Positions 40,309 to 53,500 of a stretch of DNA of 64,000 nucleotides are shown here, one piece after another. The translations under genes were made by a program, and so were the position numbers. This DNA is from Eledone cirrhosa (Eukaryota): NCBI GenBank assembly GCA_964016885.1, contig OZ024742.1:283774001-283838000 (forward strand). The letters are read 5' to 3'. Each line of letters begins with the position of its first letter. The stretch's first letter is position 1. A model generated the notes under the pieces. The model worked only from the letters and a program-made list of their open reading frames with translations, was not told the origin of the DNA and ran no database searches.

Positions 40309-40751
40309 TCTATTATTTTCTTTAGCATCCTCTTCCTCTTTTTCTTTATTTTCCTTTACATTCCCATTCTCTGACACACCCACAAAAAAGTCCGTTCCTT
40401 CCACACCTAAATACATACATACATACATACATACATACATACATACATACATACATACATACATACATACATACATACATACATACATACATACATACAT
40501 ACATACATACTTATTGACTTCATTGAATGAGTACGCACACTTCTATATACGGCGGTAATACCTGTTTGAGAACAACACAACCGACGACAGCGCGTAAACA
40601 CCAGACGACAACCTGAAAACGGCAGAAAAAATGCTGGCACAAATATTGACCATCTTGGCAGCTTTCAATGCCACCCTAAACCAATATGGGTATGAAGCAC
40701 ATCCTTTCGCAGTAAGTAATTATTATTATTATTATTATTATTATTATTGTT

Positions 40752-41165
40752 GTTTCACTTGAAGAGGAAAATCTGGGTGGAGAGGCAAGTGCTGCTTTCT
40801 AGCAAGTTTGTTGAAAGGTGGGTGAATGTAGCGAGAATGGTCCGAGTGAATGGGACCACTCTGAATATACGTCTGTAGTTTGAGAGATGGAAAAATTGAG
40901 AGAGGGCGCTTGCCCTGGTAGTCAGAGTGGCCGTGGTCTTTTGTGTGGTTTTCGCCACGAGTAACCCTCGGAAGTTTCCCCCCTATTGGGGAATTTTTCA
41001 TTGTTTCAATTTTCATTTTATTGTTTATATATATATATGTTTTATGTCTTTTCTTTTCTTATATAAATAATAAAAATATTTACACGCACAAAACCCACAT
41101 CGTACCGTCCTGTTCTGTCTGTGATGTTTTTCTTGATGTAAGCCCTTGTGGCCAATAAAGAAATC
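40752..41165 (+). mobile_element. Tx1-like family b, 3' fragment
   Basis: Near-identical to 45900-46300 (FHLKRKI..ERQVLLSSKFVERW). Ends AATAAA-gaaatc-(att)n. Confidence 0.85.
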
Positions 41166-41182
41166 ATTATTATCATTGCTAT

Positions 41183-42178
41183 TGTTATTCCTTGAATCTC
41201 AGTCATTGATGTTGGTTAACTGGAAAGTCCGTTGGATTGAATATCAAGCCACTACCTGCAGCCTCAGATATTCAGGACGTATCGGAGGGTTCTTGCTGTT
41301 CCAAGCAAGCATGCCTTTTGAAGCGTTCCAAAAAGCGTGAAGGGGCCGATTTTCTTTAACCATCCCTGGAAACTTTTGGAGATAGTCCCCAGTGCGCCTA
41401 TGACAATCGGGATCACTTTGACTTCATGGCAGTTCCAAATCCTTTTCACCTCCCACTTTAGGTCCTGGTATCGGTTAATTTTCTCCCTCCCCTTCTCTTG
41501 CACTCTCGTGTCGAACGGGCAGGCCACATCCACAATCAGGCACGATCTTTTTTCTTTGTCCACAACCACCAGGTCAGGTCTATTGTGTTCCAGTTTTTTG
41601 TCCGTCTGTATCCTAAAATCCCACAGCACCTTCACCTGATTGTTCTCCATCACCGCCTCTGGCCTATGCTCATACCATTTCTCAGAATGTGGTAGATTGT
41701 TTACTTTGCACAGGTGCCAGTGGATCACCCTGCCCATCACATCGTGTCTCCAGCCCTTATAGTGGGTCTGGGCTAGGTGTTTACACTCGGACACAATGTG
41801 AGCCACAGTCTCCTCTCTCTCTCCACAGATCCTGCACAGTGGGCTGGCCTCCTCCTTGTAGATATGGTGCTTAAACCACTTCGTTTTGAGGGCCTGCTCC
41901 TGCGCAGCCATTAGCATTCCTTCTGTAGCCTTTTTGAGGTCTCCTCTTCTCAACCAGTTCCATGTCTGTGGATCTCTAAATTCAGTTTTCTCAAAGAAGG
42001 TACTATGAAGGGGTTTTCCCTTAAGGCTGCTCTTCCTCCTTGATGTTATTTCCTCCCTGGACATCCCCTGGCCTACTGTCCCCTCCTTCAGTACAGCTCT
42101 GAGCATTGGCTCCTTACTATAGGTCACGTATTTGTATAGGTTGTTTTTCTCCATCTGAACACAGTCCTCCATGCTGAT
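41183..42178 (-). mobile_element. R4/Dong family A, 5'-truncated copy 1 (CCHC and restriction-like endonuclease)
   Basis: CRICGEREETVAHIVSEC, RHD, KVLWDF, RPDLVVVD, IVDVACP, K..RY. Nearly identical to 42205-43198. Confidence 0.92.
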
Positions 42179-42204
42179 TATTATTATTATTATTATTGTT
42201 ATTG

Positions 42205-44818
42205 TTATTCCTTGAATCTCAGTCATTGATGTTGGTTAACTGGAAAGTCCGTTGGATTGAATATCAAGCCACTACCTGCAGCCTCAGATATTCAGGACGT
42301 ATCGGAGGGTTCTTGCCGTTCCAAGCAAGCATGCCTTTTGAAGCGTTCCAAAAAGCGTGAAGGGGCCGATTTTCTTTAACCATCCCTGGAAACCTTTGGA
42401 GACAGTCCCCAGTGCGCCTATGACAATCGGGATCACTTTGACTTCATGGCAGTTCCAAATCCTTTTCACCTCCCACTTTAGGTCCTGGTATCGGTTAATT
42501 TTCTCCCTCTCCTTCTCTTGCACTCTCGTGTCGAACGGGCAGGCCACATCCACAATCAGGCACGATCTTTTTTCTTTGTCCACAACCACCAGGTCAGGTC
42601 TATTGTGTTCCAGTTTTTTGTCCGTCTGTATCCTAAAATCCCACAGCACCTTCACCTGACTGTTCTCCATCACCGCCTCTGGCCTATGCTCATACCATTT
42701 CTCAGAATGTGGTAGATTGTTTACTTTGCACAGGTGCCAGTGGATCACCCTGCCCATCACATCGTGTCTCCAGCCCTTATAGTGGGTCTGGGCTAGGTGT
42801 TTACACTCGGACACAATGTGAGCCACAGTCTCCTCTCTCTCTCCACAGATCCTGCACAGTGGGCTAGCCTCCTCCTTGTAGATATGGTGCTTCAACCACT
42901 TCGTTTTGAGGGCCTGCTCCTGCGCAGCCATTAGCATTCCTTCTGTAGCCTTTTTGAGGTCTCCTCTTCTCAACCAGTTCCATGTCTGTGGATCTCTAAA
43001 TTCAGTTTTCTCAAAGAAGGTACTATGAAGGGATTTTCCCTTAAGGCTGCTCTTCCTCCTTGATGTTATTTCCTCCTTGGGTATCCCCTGGCCTACTGTC
43101 CCCTCCTTCAGTACAGCTCTGAGCATTGGCTCCTTACTATAGGTCACGTATTTGTATAGGTTGTTTTTCTCCATCTGAACACAGTCCTCTATGCTGATAA
43201 GACCTCTTCCACCCTCAGATCTCCTTAGGTAGAGTCTATCGACATCACTCCTCTTGTGGAACATGTTGTAGATAGTCAATAGCTTCCTAGTCTTCCTATC
43301 CATTTCTTTTTGTTCAGCAACATTCCATCTCAGAATTCCCGCACTGTACCTAATAATAGACACAGCTCGGGAATTTACTGCGCTTATGGCATTTCTGCTG
43401 TTCAGATGTGACTTCAATACGCTCCTTACTCTCCGAATGTATTCAGTTCTTAACAATTCCTTCATTTTTTTGTTCTTTATGCCATCAGCCTCCAGAACGC
43501 CCAAATACTTGTATCCTTCCTCAGAGTCAATTTCCTTTATCATCTCACCTGTTGGTATCTGGATCCCGTTACTTCTGCTCAACCTACCCCTCCTCATCAC
43601 AATGACTCCACATTTACCAATACCAAACTGCATACATATATCACTGCTGAAAATACGGACAGTGTCAACAAGCACATCCAACTCCTTCTCACTTTTCCCG
43701 AAGAGCTTAAGATCGTCCATGAAGAGGAGGTGATTGATGGTAAGCTCTCCCCTTCCCAACTTGTATCCTGCTCTCACTTTTCGCAGCATAATGGTCAAGG
43801 GCATCAGGGCAAGGACAAACAACAGAGGGGACAGGCTATCTCCCTGGAAGATACCTCTCTTGATCTTCACGCTTCCCAAGGATACTCCAGTTGATGTCAA
43901 CTCTGTCTCCCAGGACCCCATACTCCTGCCCAGCAACTGTCTGATGTTATCTGCCACCCTGAAGATCTCCAGGCTTTTGGTGATCCAGGAATGAGGCACC
44001 ATGTCAAATGCCTTTCTGTAGTCTATCCATCCCATGGCAAGATCAGTGTGTCTCCTCCTGCAATTCCCCATTACCATCTTATCAATAAGCAACTGGTCCT
44101 TTGTACCACGTGACTTCTTTCGGCATCCTTTCTGTTCGTCCGGCAACAAGTTGTTTGTGTGGAGGTGATGGTAGATTTCCTCAGACACAATGCTCGTCAA
44201 CAGTTTCCACATTACGGGCAGACATGTGATAGGTCTATAGTTGGTAACATCATTACCCTTGATTCGGTCTTTCATTATCAGAACTGTGGTACCTTTTGTC
44301 AACCACTCTGGCACCTCACCCGACACCAAGCAGTCATTGAACATGGCCGTCAGCTTCGGGTGGAGGGATGTTAAATGTTTAATCCAATACCCCTGCACAC
44401 CATCTGGGCCTGGTGATTTCCAGTTGGTTAGTTTTTTGGCTTGCCCCTTAAGAGTTTCAACTGTGATACTCAAATCAGTCTGTTGCTGTGCCTGCTCACC
44501 GATCTCCCTCTGTACTGTCTCAATCCACCCTGCCTGGGCATTGTGTCTAACATCCTGCTCCCATATTCCTCTCCAGAATGTTTTAGCTTGTTCCGCCCCA
44601 GGGATCAAGTCGGTGCCTCTTTCTTTCCCCTCAAGCTGTCCAAACAGCATCTTCTGGTTGTTGTCGAACATGCGGTTCTGTTTATACTGACTGACTCTGT
44701 TCTCGTATCGCCTGATTTTGGCACTCTTTGCTACAATGCGTTGCTTCAATTCCTCTATGATAATATTTAGCTTTTTACTCCTAGTTTTGTATTTTATTTC
44801 CAGTCTATTTTTAGTGCC
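42205..44818 (-). mobile_element. R4/Dong family A, 5'-truncated copy 2
   Basis: Contains the stop-free ORF 42284-44749, whose frame continues to about 44818. The 3' end is in (TAA)n on the sense strand. Confidence 0.93.
42284..44749 (-). CDS. R4/Dong-clade non-LTR polyprotein: RT, CCHC zinc finger and PD-(D/E)xK endonuclease
   Basis: [86 protein letters not shown]...DVACP. Confidence 0.93.
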   Translation of the reverse strand: MKQRIVAKSAKIRRYENRVSQYKQNRMFDNNQKMLFGQLEGKERGTDLIPGAEQAKTFWRGIWEQDVRHNAQAGWIETVQREIGEQAQQQTDLSITVETLKGQAKKLTNWKSPGPDGVQGYWIKHLTSLHPKLTAMFNDCLVSGEVPEWLTKGTTVLIMKDRIKGNDVTNYRPITCLPVMWKLLTSIVSEEIYHHLHTNNLLPDEQKGCRKKSRGTKDQLLIDKMVMGNCRRRHTDLAMGWIDYRKAFDMVPHSWITKSLEIFRVADNIRQLLGRSMGSWETELTSTGVSLGSVKIKRGIFQGDSLSPLLFVLALMPLTIMLRKVRAGYKLGRGELTINHLLFMDDLKLFGKSEKELDVLVDTVRIFSSDICMQFGIGKCGVIVMRRGRLSRSNGIQIPTGEMIKEIDSEEGYKYLGVLEADGIKNKKMKELLRTEYIRRVRSVLKSHLNSRNAISAVNSRAVSIIRYSAGILRWNVAEQKEMDRKTRKLLTIYNMFHKRSDVDRLYLRRSEGGRGLISIEDCVQMEKNNLYKYVTYSKEPMLRAVLKEGTVGQGIPKEEITSRRKSSLKGKSLHSTFFEKTEFRDPQTWNWLRRGDLKKATEGMLMAAQEQALKTKWLKHHIYKEEASPLCRICGEREETVAHIVSECKHLAQTHYKGWRHDVMGRVIHWHLCKVNNLPHSEKWYEHRPEAVMENSQVKVLWDFRIQTDKKLEHNRPDLVVVDKEKRSCLIVDVACPFDTRVQEKEREKINRYQDLKWEVKRIWNCHEVKVIPIVIGALGTVSKGFQGWLKKIGPFTLFGTLQKACLLGTARTLRYVLNI

Positions 44819-44911
44819 TCCTCCAGTACAGCTCTGAGCATTGGCTCCTTACTATAGGTCACGTATTTGTATAGGTTGTTTTTCTCCATCTGAACACAGT
44901 CCTCTATGCTG

Positions 44912-44912
<1 letters not shown>
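44819..44912 (-). repeat. Duplicate of the first approximately 95 nt of Dong-A copy 1 (candidate long target-site duplication)
   Basis: Matches about 42085-42178 apart from 2 differences seen by eye, including the identical atgctgat|tattatt junction. Confidence 0.8.
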
Positions 44913-44962
<50 letters not shown>

Positions 44963-44969
<7 letters not shown>

Positions 44970-45360
44970 TTTTCAAATTTCATTTGAAAAGGAAAATCAG
45001 AGTAGAGAGAGAAGTGCTCTCTTCCCAGCATTTTGTTGAAAGATGGGTGAGAGAAGCAAGAATGGCCCGAGTGAATGGGCCTACTCTGAGTACGTATATG
45101 TAAATTAAAGGTGGAAAACTGGGAGAGGGCACTTGCCTTGGTGGTCAGGGTCACTGTGGCCTTTTACTGGGCTTTCTCCACAAATGTCCCTCCGAAGTCT
45201 CCCCCCTATTGGGGAATTTTTCATTGTTATTTTTTTGTAACATCCTCTGTTTTTGTTTTTGTACACGCAGAAATGCCCATTAGTACCGTCCTGTATTGTC
45301 CTGCACTGTCCTTAATGTCTACTTTATGTAAACCGTTGTGGTTAATAAAGAAAACATTAT
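44963..45360 (+). mobile_element. Tx1-like family a, 3' fragment
   Basis: Matches 53792-54176. Ends AATAAA-gaaaac-attattatt. Confidence 0.87.
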
Positions 45361-45364
45361 TATT

Positions 45365-46300
45365 TGGGCACCAGTATCGGTGGAACATCCACCTCGGCGT
45401 TCTATAAAGGACTAGTGGAGGGGAAGAGCGACGACGTTCTCGGAGAGATCTTGGGCGTCGAAGAAGATCAGCTGCTTGCTCTCTTCCGGAGAACTTTCAT
45501 CCCGGGGCCTATGGATAACTTCCAAAAATCCATGGCCTGGCAGTGCTACCGGGGAGCGCTGCCGGTTCGAGATAAGCTCTACAGGCACGGAAGTGCCGTC
45601 AGCCGAGCCTGTCCGAGATGCGCGCATAGCGACGAAACCGTTGTGCACGCACTCGTTCAGTGCCCGAGCATTGCTGACTTGTGGAGCTATGTCGAACAGT
45701 TGCTGTCACGTGTGGGACTGATCCGGTTGTCGACTGAGTCCATTGTGCAGATGGTCTCGCCGTCTTCCTTCAAGGAGGAAGGGCAGGCGGTTTTCATCTG
45801 CCTGGTGGCCATGGCGAAAGAGATTGTGTGGTGGACAAGGTTAAAAGGATTAAAGACAAACACTTTCCTCTTCGGCGAATCCCTAATTAACTTTTTCAAG
45901 TTTCACTTGAAGAGGAAAATCAGGGTGGAGAGGCAAGTGCTGCTTTCTAGCAAGTTTGTTGAAAGGTGGGTGAATGTAGCGAGAATGGTCCGAGTGAATA
46001 TACGTCTGTAGTTTGAGAGATGGAAAAATTGAGAGAAGGCGCTTGCCCTGGTAGTCAGGGTGGCCGTGGTCTTTTGTGTGGTTTTCGCCACGAGTAACCC
46101 TCGGAGGTTTCCCCCCTATTGGGGATTTTTTCATTGTTTCAATTTGTCATTTTATTGTTTATATATATATATATGTTTTATGTTTTCTTTTTTTATATAA
46201 ATAATAAAAATATTTACACGCACAAAACCTACATCGTACCGTCCTGTTCTGTCTGTGATGTTTTTCTTGATGTCAGCCTTGTGGCCAATAAAGAAATCAT
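45365..46300 (+). mobile_element. Tx1-like family b, 5'-truncated (C-terminal zinc-finger region and 3' UTR)
   Basis: AWQCYRGALPVRDKL..CPRCAHSDETVVHALVQC; homologous to 53275-53930 but with a different 3' UTR. Confidence 0.88.
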
Positions 46301-46324
46301 TATTATTATTATTATTATTGTTAT

Positions 46325-48259
46325 TACTCTTTGAGTTTCAGTCATTGATGTTAGTTAACTGGAAAGTTTGTTGAGATGAATATCAAGCCACTACCTGCAG
46401 CCTCAGATATTCAGGACGTATCGGAGGGTTCTTGCTGTTCCCAGCAAGCATGCCTTTTGAAGCGTTCCAAAAAGCGTGAAGGGGCCAATTTTCTTTAACC
46501 ATCCCTGGAAACCTTTTGAGATAGTCCCTAGTGCGCCTATGACAATCGGGATCACTTTGACTTCATGGCAGTTCCAAATCCTTTTTACCTCCCACTTTAA
46601 GTCCTGGTATCGGTTAATTTTCTCCCTCTCCTTCTCTTGCACTCTCGTGTCGAATGGGCAGGCCACATCCACAATCAGACACGATCTTTTTTCTTTGTCC
46701 AAAACCATCAGGTCAGGTCTATTGTGTTCCAGTTTCTTGTCCGTCTGTATCCTAAAATCCCACAGCACCTTCACCTGATCGTTTTCTATCACCGCCTCTG
46801 GCTTATGCTCATACCATTTCTCAGAATGTGGTAAATTGTTTACTTTGCATAGGTGCCAGTGGTTCACCCTGCCCATCATATCATGTCTCCAGCCCTTATA
46901 GTGAGTCTGGGCTAGGTGTTTACACTCGGATACAATGTGAGCCACAGTCTCCTCTCTCTCTCCACAGATCCTGCACAGTGGGCTAGCCTCCTCCTTGTAA
47001 ATGTGGTGTTTCAACCACTTCGTTTTGAGGGCCTGCTCCTGCGCAGCCATTAACATTCCTTCTGTAGCCTTTTTAAGGTCTCCTCTTTTCAACCAGTTCC
47101 ATGTCTGTGGATCTCTAAATTCAGTTTTTTCAAAGAAGGTACTATGAAGGGATTTTTTTTGAAGGCTGCTCTTTCTCCTTGTTATTTCCTCCATGGACAT
47201 CCCCTGGCCTATTGTCCCCTCCTTCAGTACAGCTCTGAGCATTGGCTCCTTACTATCAGTCACGTATTTGTGTAGGTTGTTTTTCTCCATCTGAACACAG
47301 TCCTCTATGCTGATAAGACCTCTTCCACCCTCAGATCTCCTTAAGTAGAGTCTATCGACATCACTCCTCTTGTAGAACATGTTGTAGATAGTCAATAGCT
47401 TCCTAGTCTTCCTATCCATTTCTTTTTGTTCAGCAACATTCCATCTCAGAATTCCCGCACTGTACCTAATAATAGACACAGCTCGGGAATTTACTGCACT
47501 TATGGCATTCCTACTGTTCAGATGTGACTTTAATACGCTCCTTACTCTCCGAAGGTATTCAGTTCTTATCAATTCCTTCATTTTTTTTGTTCTTGATGTC
47601 ATCAGCCTCCACAACGCCCAAATACTTGTATCCTTCTTCAGAGTCAATTTCTTTTATCATCTCACCTGTTGGTATCTGGATTCCGTTACTTCTGCTCAAC
47701 TTATCCCTCCTCATCACAATGACTCCACACTTACTAATACCAAATTGCATACATATATCATTGCTGAAAATACGGACAGTGTCAACAAGCACATCCAACT
47801 CCTTCTCACTCTTCCCGAAGAGCTTAAGATCGTCCATGAAGAGGAGGTGATTGATGGTAAGCCCTCCCTTTCCCAACCTGTATCCTGCTCTCACTTTTTG
47901 CAGTACACTGGTCAGGGGCATCAGGGCAAGGACAAACAACAGAGGGGACAGACTATCTCCCTGGAAGATACCTCTCTTGATCTTCACGCTTTCCAAGGAT
48001 TCTCCAGTTGATGTTAACTCTGTTTCCCAGGACTTCATACTTTTGCCCAACAACTGTCTGATGTTATCTGCCACCCTGAAGATTTCCAGGCTTTTGGTGA
48101 TCCAAGAATGAGGCACCATGTCAAATGCCTTTTTGTAGTCTATCCATCCCATGGCAAGACCAGTGTGTCTCCTCTTGCAATTCCTCATTACCATCTTATC
48201 AATAAGTAACTGGTCCTTTGTACCACGTGACTTCTTTCGGCATCCTTTCTGTTCGTCCG

Positions 48260-48260
<1 letters not shown>
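46325..48260 (-). mobile_element. R4/Dong family A, diverged 5'-truncated copy 3 (frameshift at the T-run near 47581)
   Basis: ORFs 47559-48194 (RT: [19 protein letters not shown]) and 46403-47647 (zinc finger and endonuclease) parallel 42284-44143. Confidence 0.92.
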
Positions 48261-48294
<34 letters not shown>

Positions 48295-48504
48295 GGCGAC
48301 CTACGTAGTAAATCGTATCATCGTGAGCTCCGCAAAGGTTTGTTATTTCCGTTTGTTAAAAATTGCCATTTATGGAAATTTTTTATTGTTAACTATATAT
48401 AAGCGCACATACATTGTTTTCCGAAAAGGACACCCAAAAAGATTGGGGCCTTGTGCCCAAAATTTAAACTTTTATGATTATCAATAAATTTCTTTGAAAA
48501 AAAA

Positions 48505-50480
48505 ATGGCTAATTCACCACTGCACCAAGCAGCTGAAAGCCTTTCTCACAAATTAACACCTCACACCGACACCACCATTGTAAATGATTATACGTCTGCC
48601 AACACAAACAATTTAAGCACTGGCAATATTTTAAATTTGTCTCAGGCAGACATTCATTTCCCGCCATTACCAATGACTGCAGGTGTTAAAGCCCCCCCCC
48701 CCCCCCCTCCCCACCGCGACAACAGAAACAAAAGGAAAAAATAAATCAACTCGTGATGTCGAAATATTTTCAACCAAAATGGACTCTACCAAACCGAACT
48801 TCACTGACGTCACCACCACCACAACTGAAAATAAAATTAATAATAACAAAAATAACGATAGCAACAACAACAACAACAACAACAACAATGACATTAAAAA
48901 AACCACCGAGTTTTGCCAGAGTAGCAAAACAGTGCGAAGCATTTACGGTAACTCAGGAGGAATTAGAAAATGCCAAACAAATGGTAAAGAAAGATGGGTA
49001 CAAGGTCAGCCCCCCCCCCACATAATAAAATGGAGCATCGGCGCCTATGCACCGTGTCGTATCGAACAATAAATGTAAAATCGCGCCGAGTGAAACGGGC
49101 ATCCGAGTCCCAAATCCCCAAAGCTTTGGGACATGTGTGGGCAAGAAAAACCCACATCAGACGTGGGCAGAAGTATGGAACCGTGGACGTGTTCTTTGAA
49201 ACACCAGAGGAGGCTAGAGAACACTCCATGGCCCCATTAAGAAGTGACGACTTCACACTCGTCCCAAGCTATTGCGGCCAGAGACTCGTAAAGATCAGGG
49301 TGACCCACGTTCCACCGGCCATCGAAATTCCCTGGCTAATAGCGGCCGCCCTCGCCGGCATCGAAGCCAACACAAAGATAATAGCAATAGCAAAAGAAAA
49401 GCAGGAGAACTGGTCCGGATCTGGGATGGAGCTCCTGATCCAAGCGGACCAAAAAAGCATTGAGGAGATCCCAGAGGTAATAGACCTCACTGACGGCAGC
49501 CACCTCACCGTAATTGTCGAGGGCAGAAGGCCTAGGTGTGTCGTTTGTGGTGAAGGAACCCACCTAAGGGCTTTCTGCCCTCAGGCTAAAAGGTTGAGGC
49601 CACCTCTCCTACCCACCCCAGTGACACAACCATCAACACCACCAGTAGCAGAGATGGCAGCAACAACTGTAGCAGCAACAACAGAAGCAACTATAACAGC
49701 AACAACCCCAGCAACAGTAGCAAAACCAACACCACAACCACCAGCAAAACCAACACCAGCACCAGCACCACCCAACGCTTCAGAACTAGCACCAGCGCCT
49801 ACACCATCCATCACGCCACAACCAAAACTAACGCCTGTGGAGGATTTTCCACTCCCCGGCCTATCACAACTGGAGACAGATTGTGACGACGAGGAGTGGG
49901 AAACGGTATCAGGAAAAAAAAAAGAAACCAAAAAAGAAAAAATTCTCTTCCTTCCCCCTCCAAAAACAAAATACAGAGGGAAACAAATAAATTAACAAAC
50001 AAAAAAGTTAGGACAGATATGCCACCATCCACACCACCATCACCAACCCCATCAACTCAAACACCAACACCATCACCATCATTAACCCCAACACCACCAT
50101 CACCTACACCACAAAAGTCACCAAAATGCGAAACAGAAACAAACCCACAACAAACGCAAACAAAACAAAACAACCAAAACGATACACACCACACAGCATT
50201 AAATTTGAACAACAAGCAATTATTACACTACATCCAACACAACACCAGCATCACAGACAAAGACTACACAACAACCCAAAAATTCACACCACCTCCACAC
50301 ATACAAATCACTCGCATCACACAGAAAACGTACATGACACTAAAACAAAAATTCGCCAAAGATATCGGAGACTTCCGACAAGCACTCTCCAGGAGGATTT
50401 ATAAGGACATCCTTCCTGAGGAGGCCACAAGCAGTGAAAAGGATGGAAAAACCGCCCTTCCTCTACGAGAAGTAAGGTAA
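48505..50480 (+). pseudogene. Tx1 ORF1 (RRM-like region, zinc knuckle, Pro/Thr-rich tail), frameshifted at homopolymer runs
   Basis: GTVDVFFETPEEA, KIRVTHVPP, VIVEGRRPRCVVCGEGTHLRAFC (CX2CX4HX4C), EWETVSGKKK. Frame breaks at the C-runs near 48692 and 49010 and near the A-runs at about 49915-49940. Confidence 0.8.
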
Positions 50481-50514
50481 GTGGTCTTTCCCATCTTTTC
50501 CACTCCTTTTCAAC

Positions 50515-53500
50515 ATGACCTCACTCAGAATAGGCAGCATAAATGCGCGTGGCTTGGGGTCGTCATGGAAGCAGGGCCACCTTCTCAACGACCTCAGGTC
50601 ACTAAACATAGATGTAGTGGCCATCAGCGAGACCAGAATCTCCGAAGCACGGGCCTTTGCACCGATCTTCGGCGGCTACGATGTGTACGCATCTCCCAGC
50701 CGTCCGGGATCGGGGGAAGGAGTTGCTGTGCTTTTTCGGAGAGGTTTGGATCTTGCCATACGGGCCATCTTCCTGGACCCAGAAGGTAAGTTGGTGGTGC
50801 TGGACGTGACCAGCGGAGACGGGCAAGCTTTCAGGTTAGTGGCCGTCTATGCCCCGACAGGAGCAGGGCGGCCTGATTTCTTCCGGCGTCTAGAGACCTT
50901 CTTGGAACGACCCGCTCTTTAGTGTTAGTGGGCGACTGGAACGGGATCTTAGATGCACGCTGGGATTGTGTGGGATTAGTGGATAGGGAAGGAGGGTGCA
51001 AGAGTCTCACCAACCTGCTCAGGCGTTTTGAACTGTCTGACAGGTACCGAATGGATTTCCCGAATGTACCAATGTGGACTTGGACAAATCGCATAGGGTC
51101 ATCCAGATCATATCTAGATAGAGTATTTTGTAGGGAAATAGATAGGTCTAGCATAGGCTGTCCACAATTCAACATAGTCAGCTACACGGACCACAAATTC
51201 GTAATCTGTGTGCTTGACTTAGATAGGCTTCATAGACGAGGACCCGGCTACTGAAAGCTAAACGCGTCCTTACCAGCGCGCAAGGCCTACAGAGACCGGA
51301 TTAGCGAACTAGTTAAGCGGGCGTTGACGGGGCCATCGTCAACAACAAGTGGTGGTTTGCTCTGAAAAGAGCAATTAGAATAGAGTCCATTAGGTTTAGT
51401 AAGGCTTTAGCAATAGAAAAAAATAGAGCAGAGGGAGAATTAGTTAGAAAATTAGACGAGGCGCTTAGCAAAGGCATCGCGACCGACGTACTTGCGGCGA
51501 AATTGGCCCTTGACCAATTCTTCAATGCAAAGCACGAAGGCTGCGTTGTCAGAGCTAGGGTGCGTGCTCTCAGACACGAGGGGACGAAAGCCGTTCAATG
51601 GGCCCGAGTGGCGGAGGCGCGTCGTGGCAACTAAGCCACGATCCGGTCTTTGGTGGACCACGACGGGCGCATGCTACTCGATCCCGGGCAAATGTGTGAA
51701 GCTTTTCAGCGACACTTCGCTCAGCTGTTCGGAGGCAGTGGCGGGCCGAATCGAGGGATGGACTTTAGTGTCTACCTCGACGGACTGCCGCGGCTTTCGG
51801 CCACTGAGGCGGAGTGTTGCGAAAAGCCGATAACAACCGCTGAAGTACGGGAGGCAATGACTGGCTGCACAAGGCGTAAATCGCCTGGTTTGGATGGTCT
51901 GCCCTATGAACTTTACGTACAAATGCCAGACTTGTTCGGAGGCCTCTTGGCGGACGTCTACTGCAACTGGCAACAGAACGGGAGAATTCCCAGCTCTGTG
52001 AGCCGAGGAGCGGTGGCGCTGCTGAGAAAGGATCCGAACAAGGGGGATAACATAGATAATTTTAGGCCCATAACTCTGCTAAACACAGAGTTCAAGATTT
52101 TGGCCAAGGTGCTAGCAAAGAGGTTGGCGCTTGTCGTTGGTGGTCTGGTGGGAGGGGCACAGACATGCGCCATTCCCGACAGATCCATCCACGACAACCT
52201 CCACCTCATGCGATACATCGTAGAGAGGGTAGCTAGGGAACCTGGCACGAGTGGGTCTTTGATCAATTTAGATCAGTCGAAAGCCTTCGATAGGGTCGAC
52301 CATCGTTACCTAGCGGCAGTCCTGAGGGCGGTTGGTTTTGGGCCCGTCTTCAGAGGCTGGATCGCTGCCATGCACAGCGACATCTGCTCTGTAGTGAGAG
52401 TGAACGGTCACCTTTCGGAACCGTTCAACATCATGCGCTCGGTCCGCCAAGGATGTCCCCTCTCGTCCCTATTGTACGTATTGACTCTCGAGCCATTACT
52501 GCACAAACTGGAGACGTTGAGGGGGGTCCCGCGCGAACTAGGATGCGGAAGATCCGTGTCAGCATATGCGGACGATGTCACCGTAGTGGTGTCGAACGCC
52601 AAACACATCGAGGTGATCGGCACTACACTAAGAGAATACGAAGCGGTGACAGGAGCAATGATCAACCAGGTAAAGTCAGCGGGCCAGGTGCTCGGCACCT
52701 GGAGAGGCAGGTGCATGCCGTCCAACAGCGTCGTCGGGCGCTGGACGGACGGACCGGTTAAATTGCTAGGGGTCTGGTTCGGTCCAAACCTCCAGACGGA
52801 CAAAAACTGGGACGAGGTGACGAGCAGGGTGGCTTCTCTCACCCAGAAATGGGCCGAGAGGAAGCTATCCCTGAAAGGTCGAGCGGAGGTGGCTAACGCG
52901 TACATCGCGTCCGTCATCTACTACCGCCTGACCGTCGTACCTTGTCCTAAGCCCCGCCTGACTGCGCTGGAGCGTTTGCTCTTTCGCTTCTTGTGGAAGG
53001 GACGCGCTCCGATGGTCAGGCGGTCCATCTGCTGTCAACACCCGCTACGTGGAGGGCTGGGCATGCCGTGGCTGATGATGCGCAGACACGCGTTCAGGCT
53101 ACGACATCTCCACCTCTTCCTCGACGGTGATCAGGTGTGGTCGCCGTTTGCTAGACACGTTTTTCCCCAGCTCGTCTTCTTGACGGAGCTGCTGTCCTGG
53201 GTCAAGCGAAGACCGAGAGGGAGCGCTTGGAGACTGGAATGTCTTCAGGCGCTCACAGCCCTCGACCAATCGGGCAATGTGATCGGTGGAAACTCCACCT
53301 TGGCGTTCTATAGGGGATTAGTGGAGGGGAAGAGCGACGACGTACTTGGAGAAACTCTAGGCGTCGATGAAAATCAACTAGCCAATCTCTTCGGAAGGAC
53401 TTTCGGGCTGGGGCCTATGGACAACTTCCAGAAATCCCTGGCCTGGCAGTGCTACCGGGGAGCTTTGCCAGTTCGGGATAAACTCTACAGGCATGGAGGT

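Noticed and set aside
51252-51254. Selenocysteine or readthrough TGA in Tx1 ORF2
   Set aside because: The TGA replaces the conserved Trp of GYWKLN (TGG to TGA) and nearby frameshifts exist, so it is a simple inactivating mutation.
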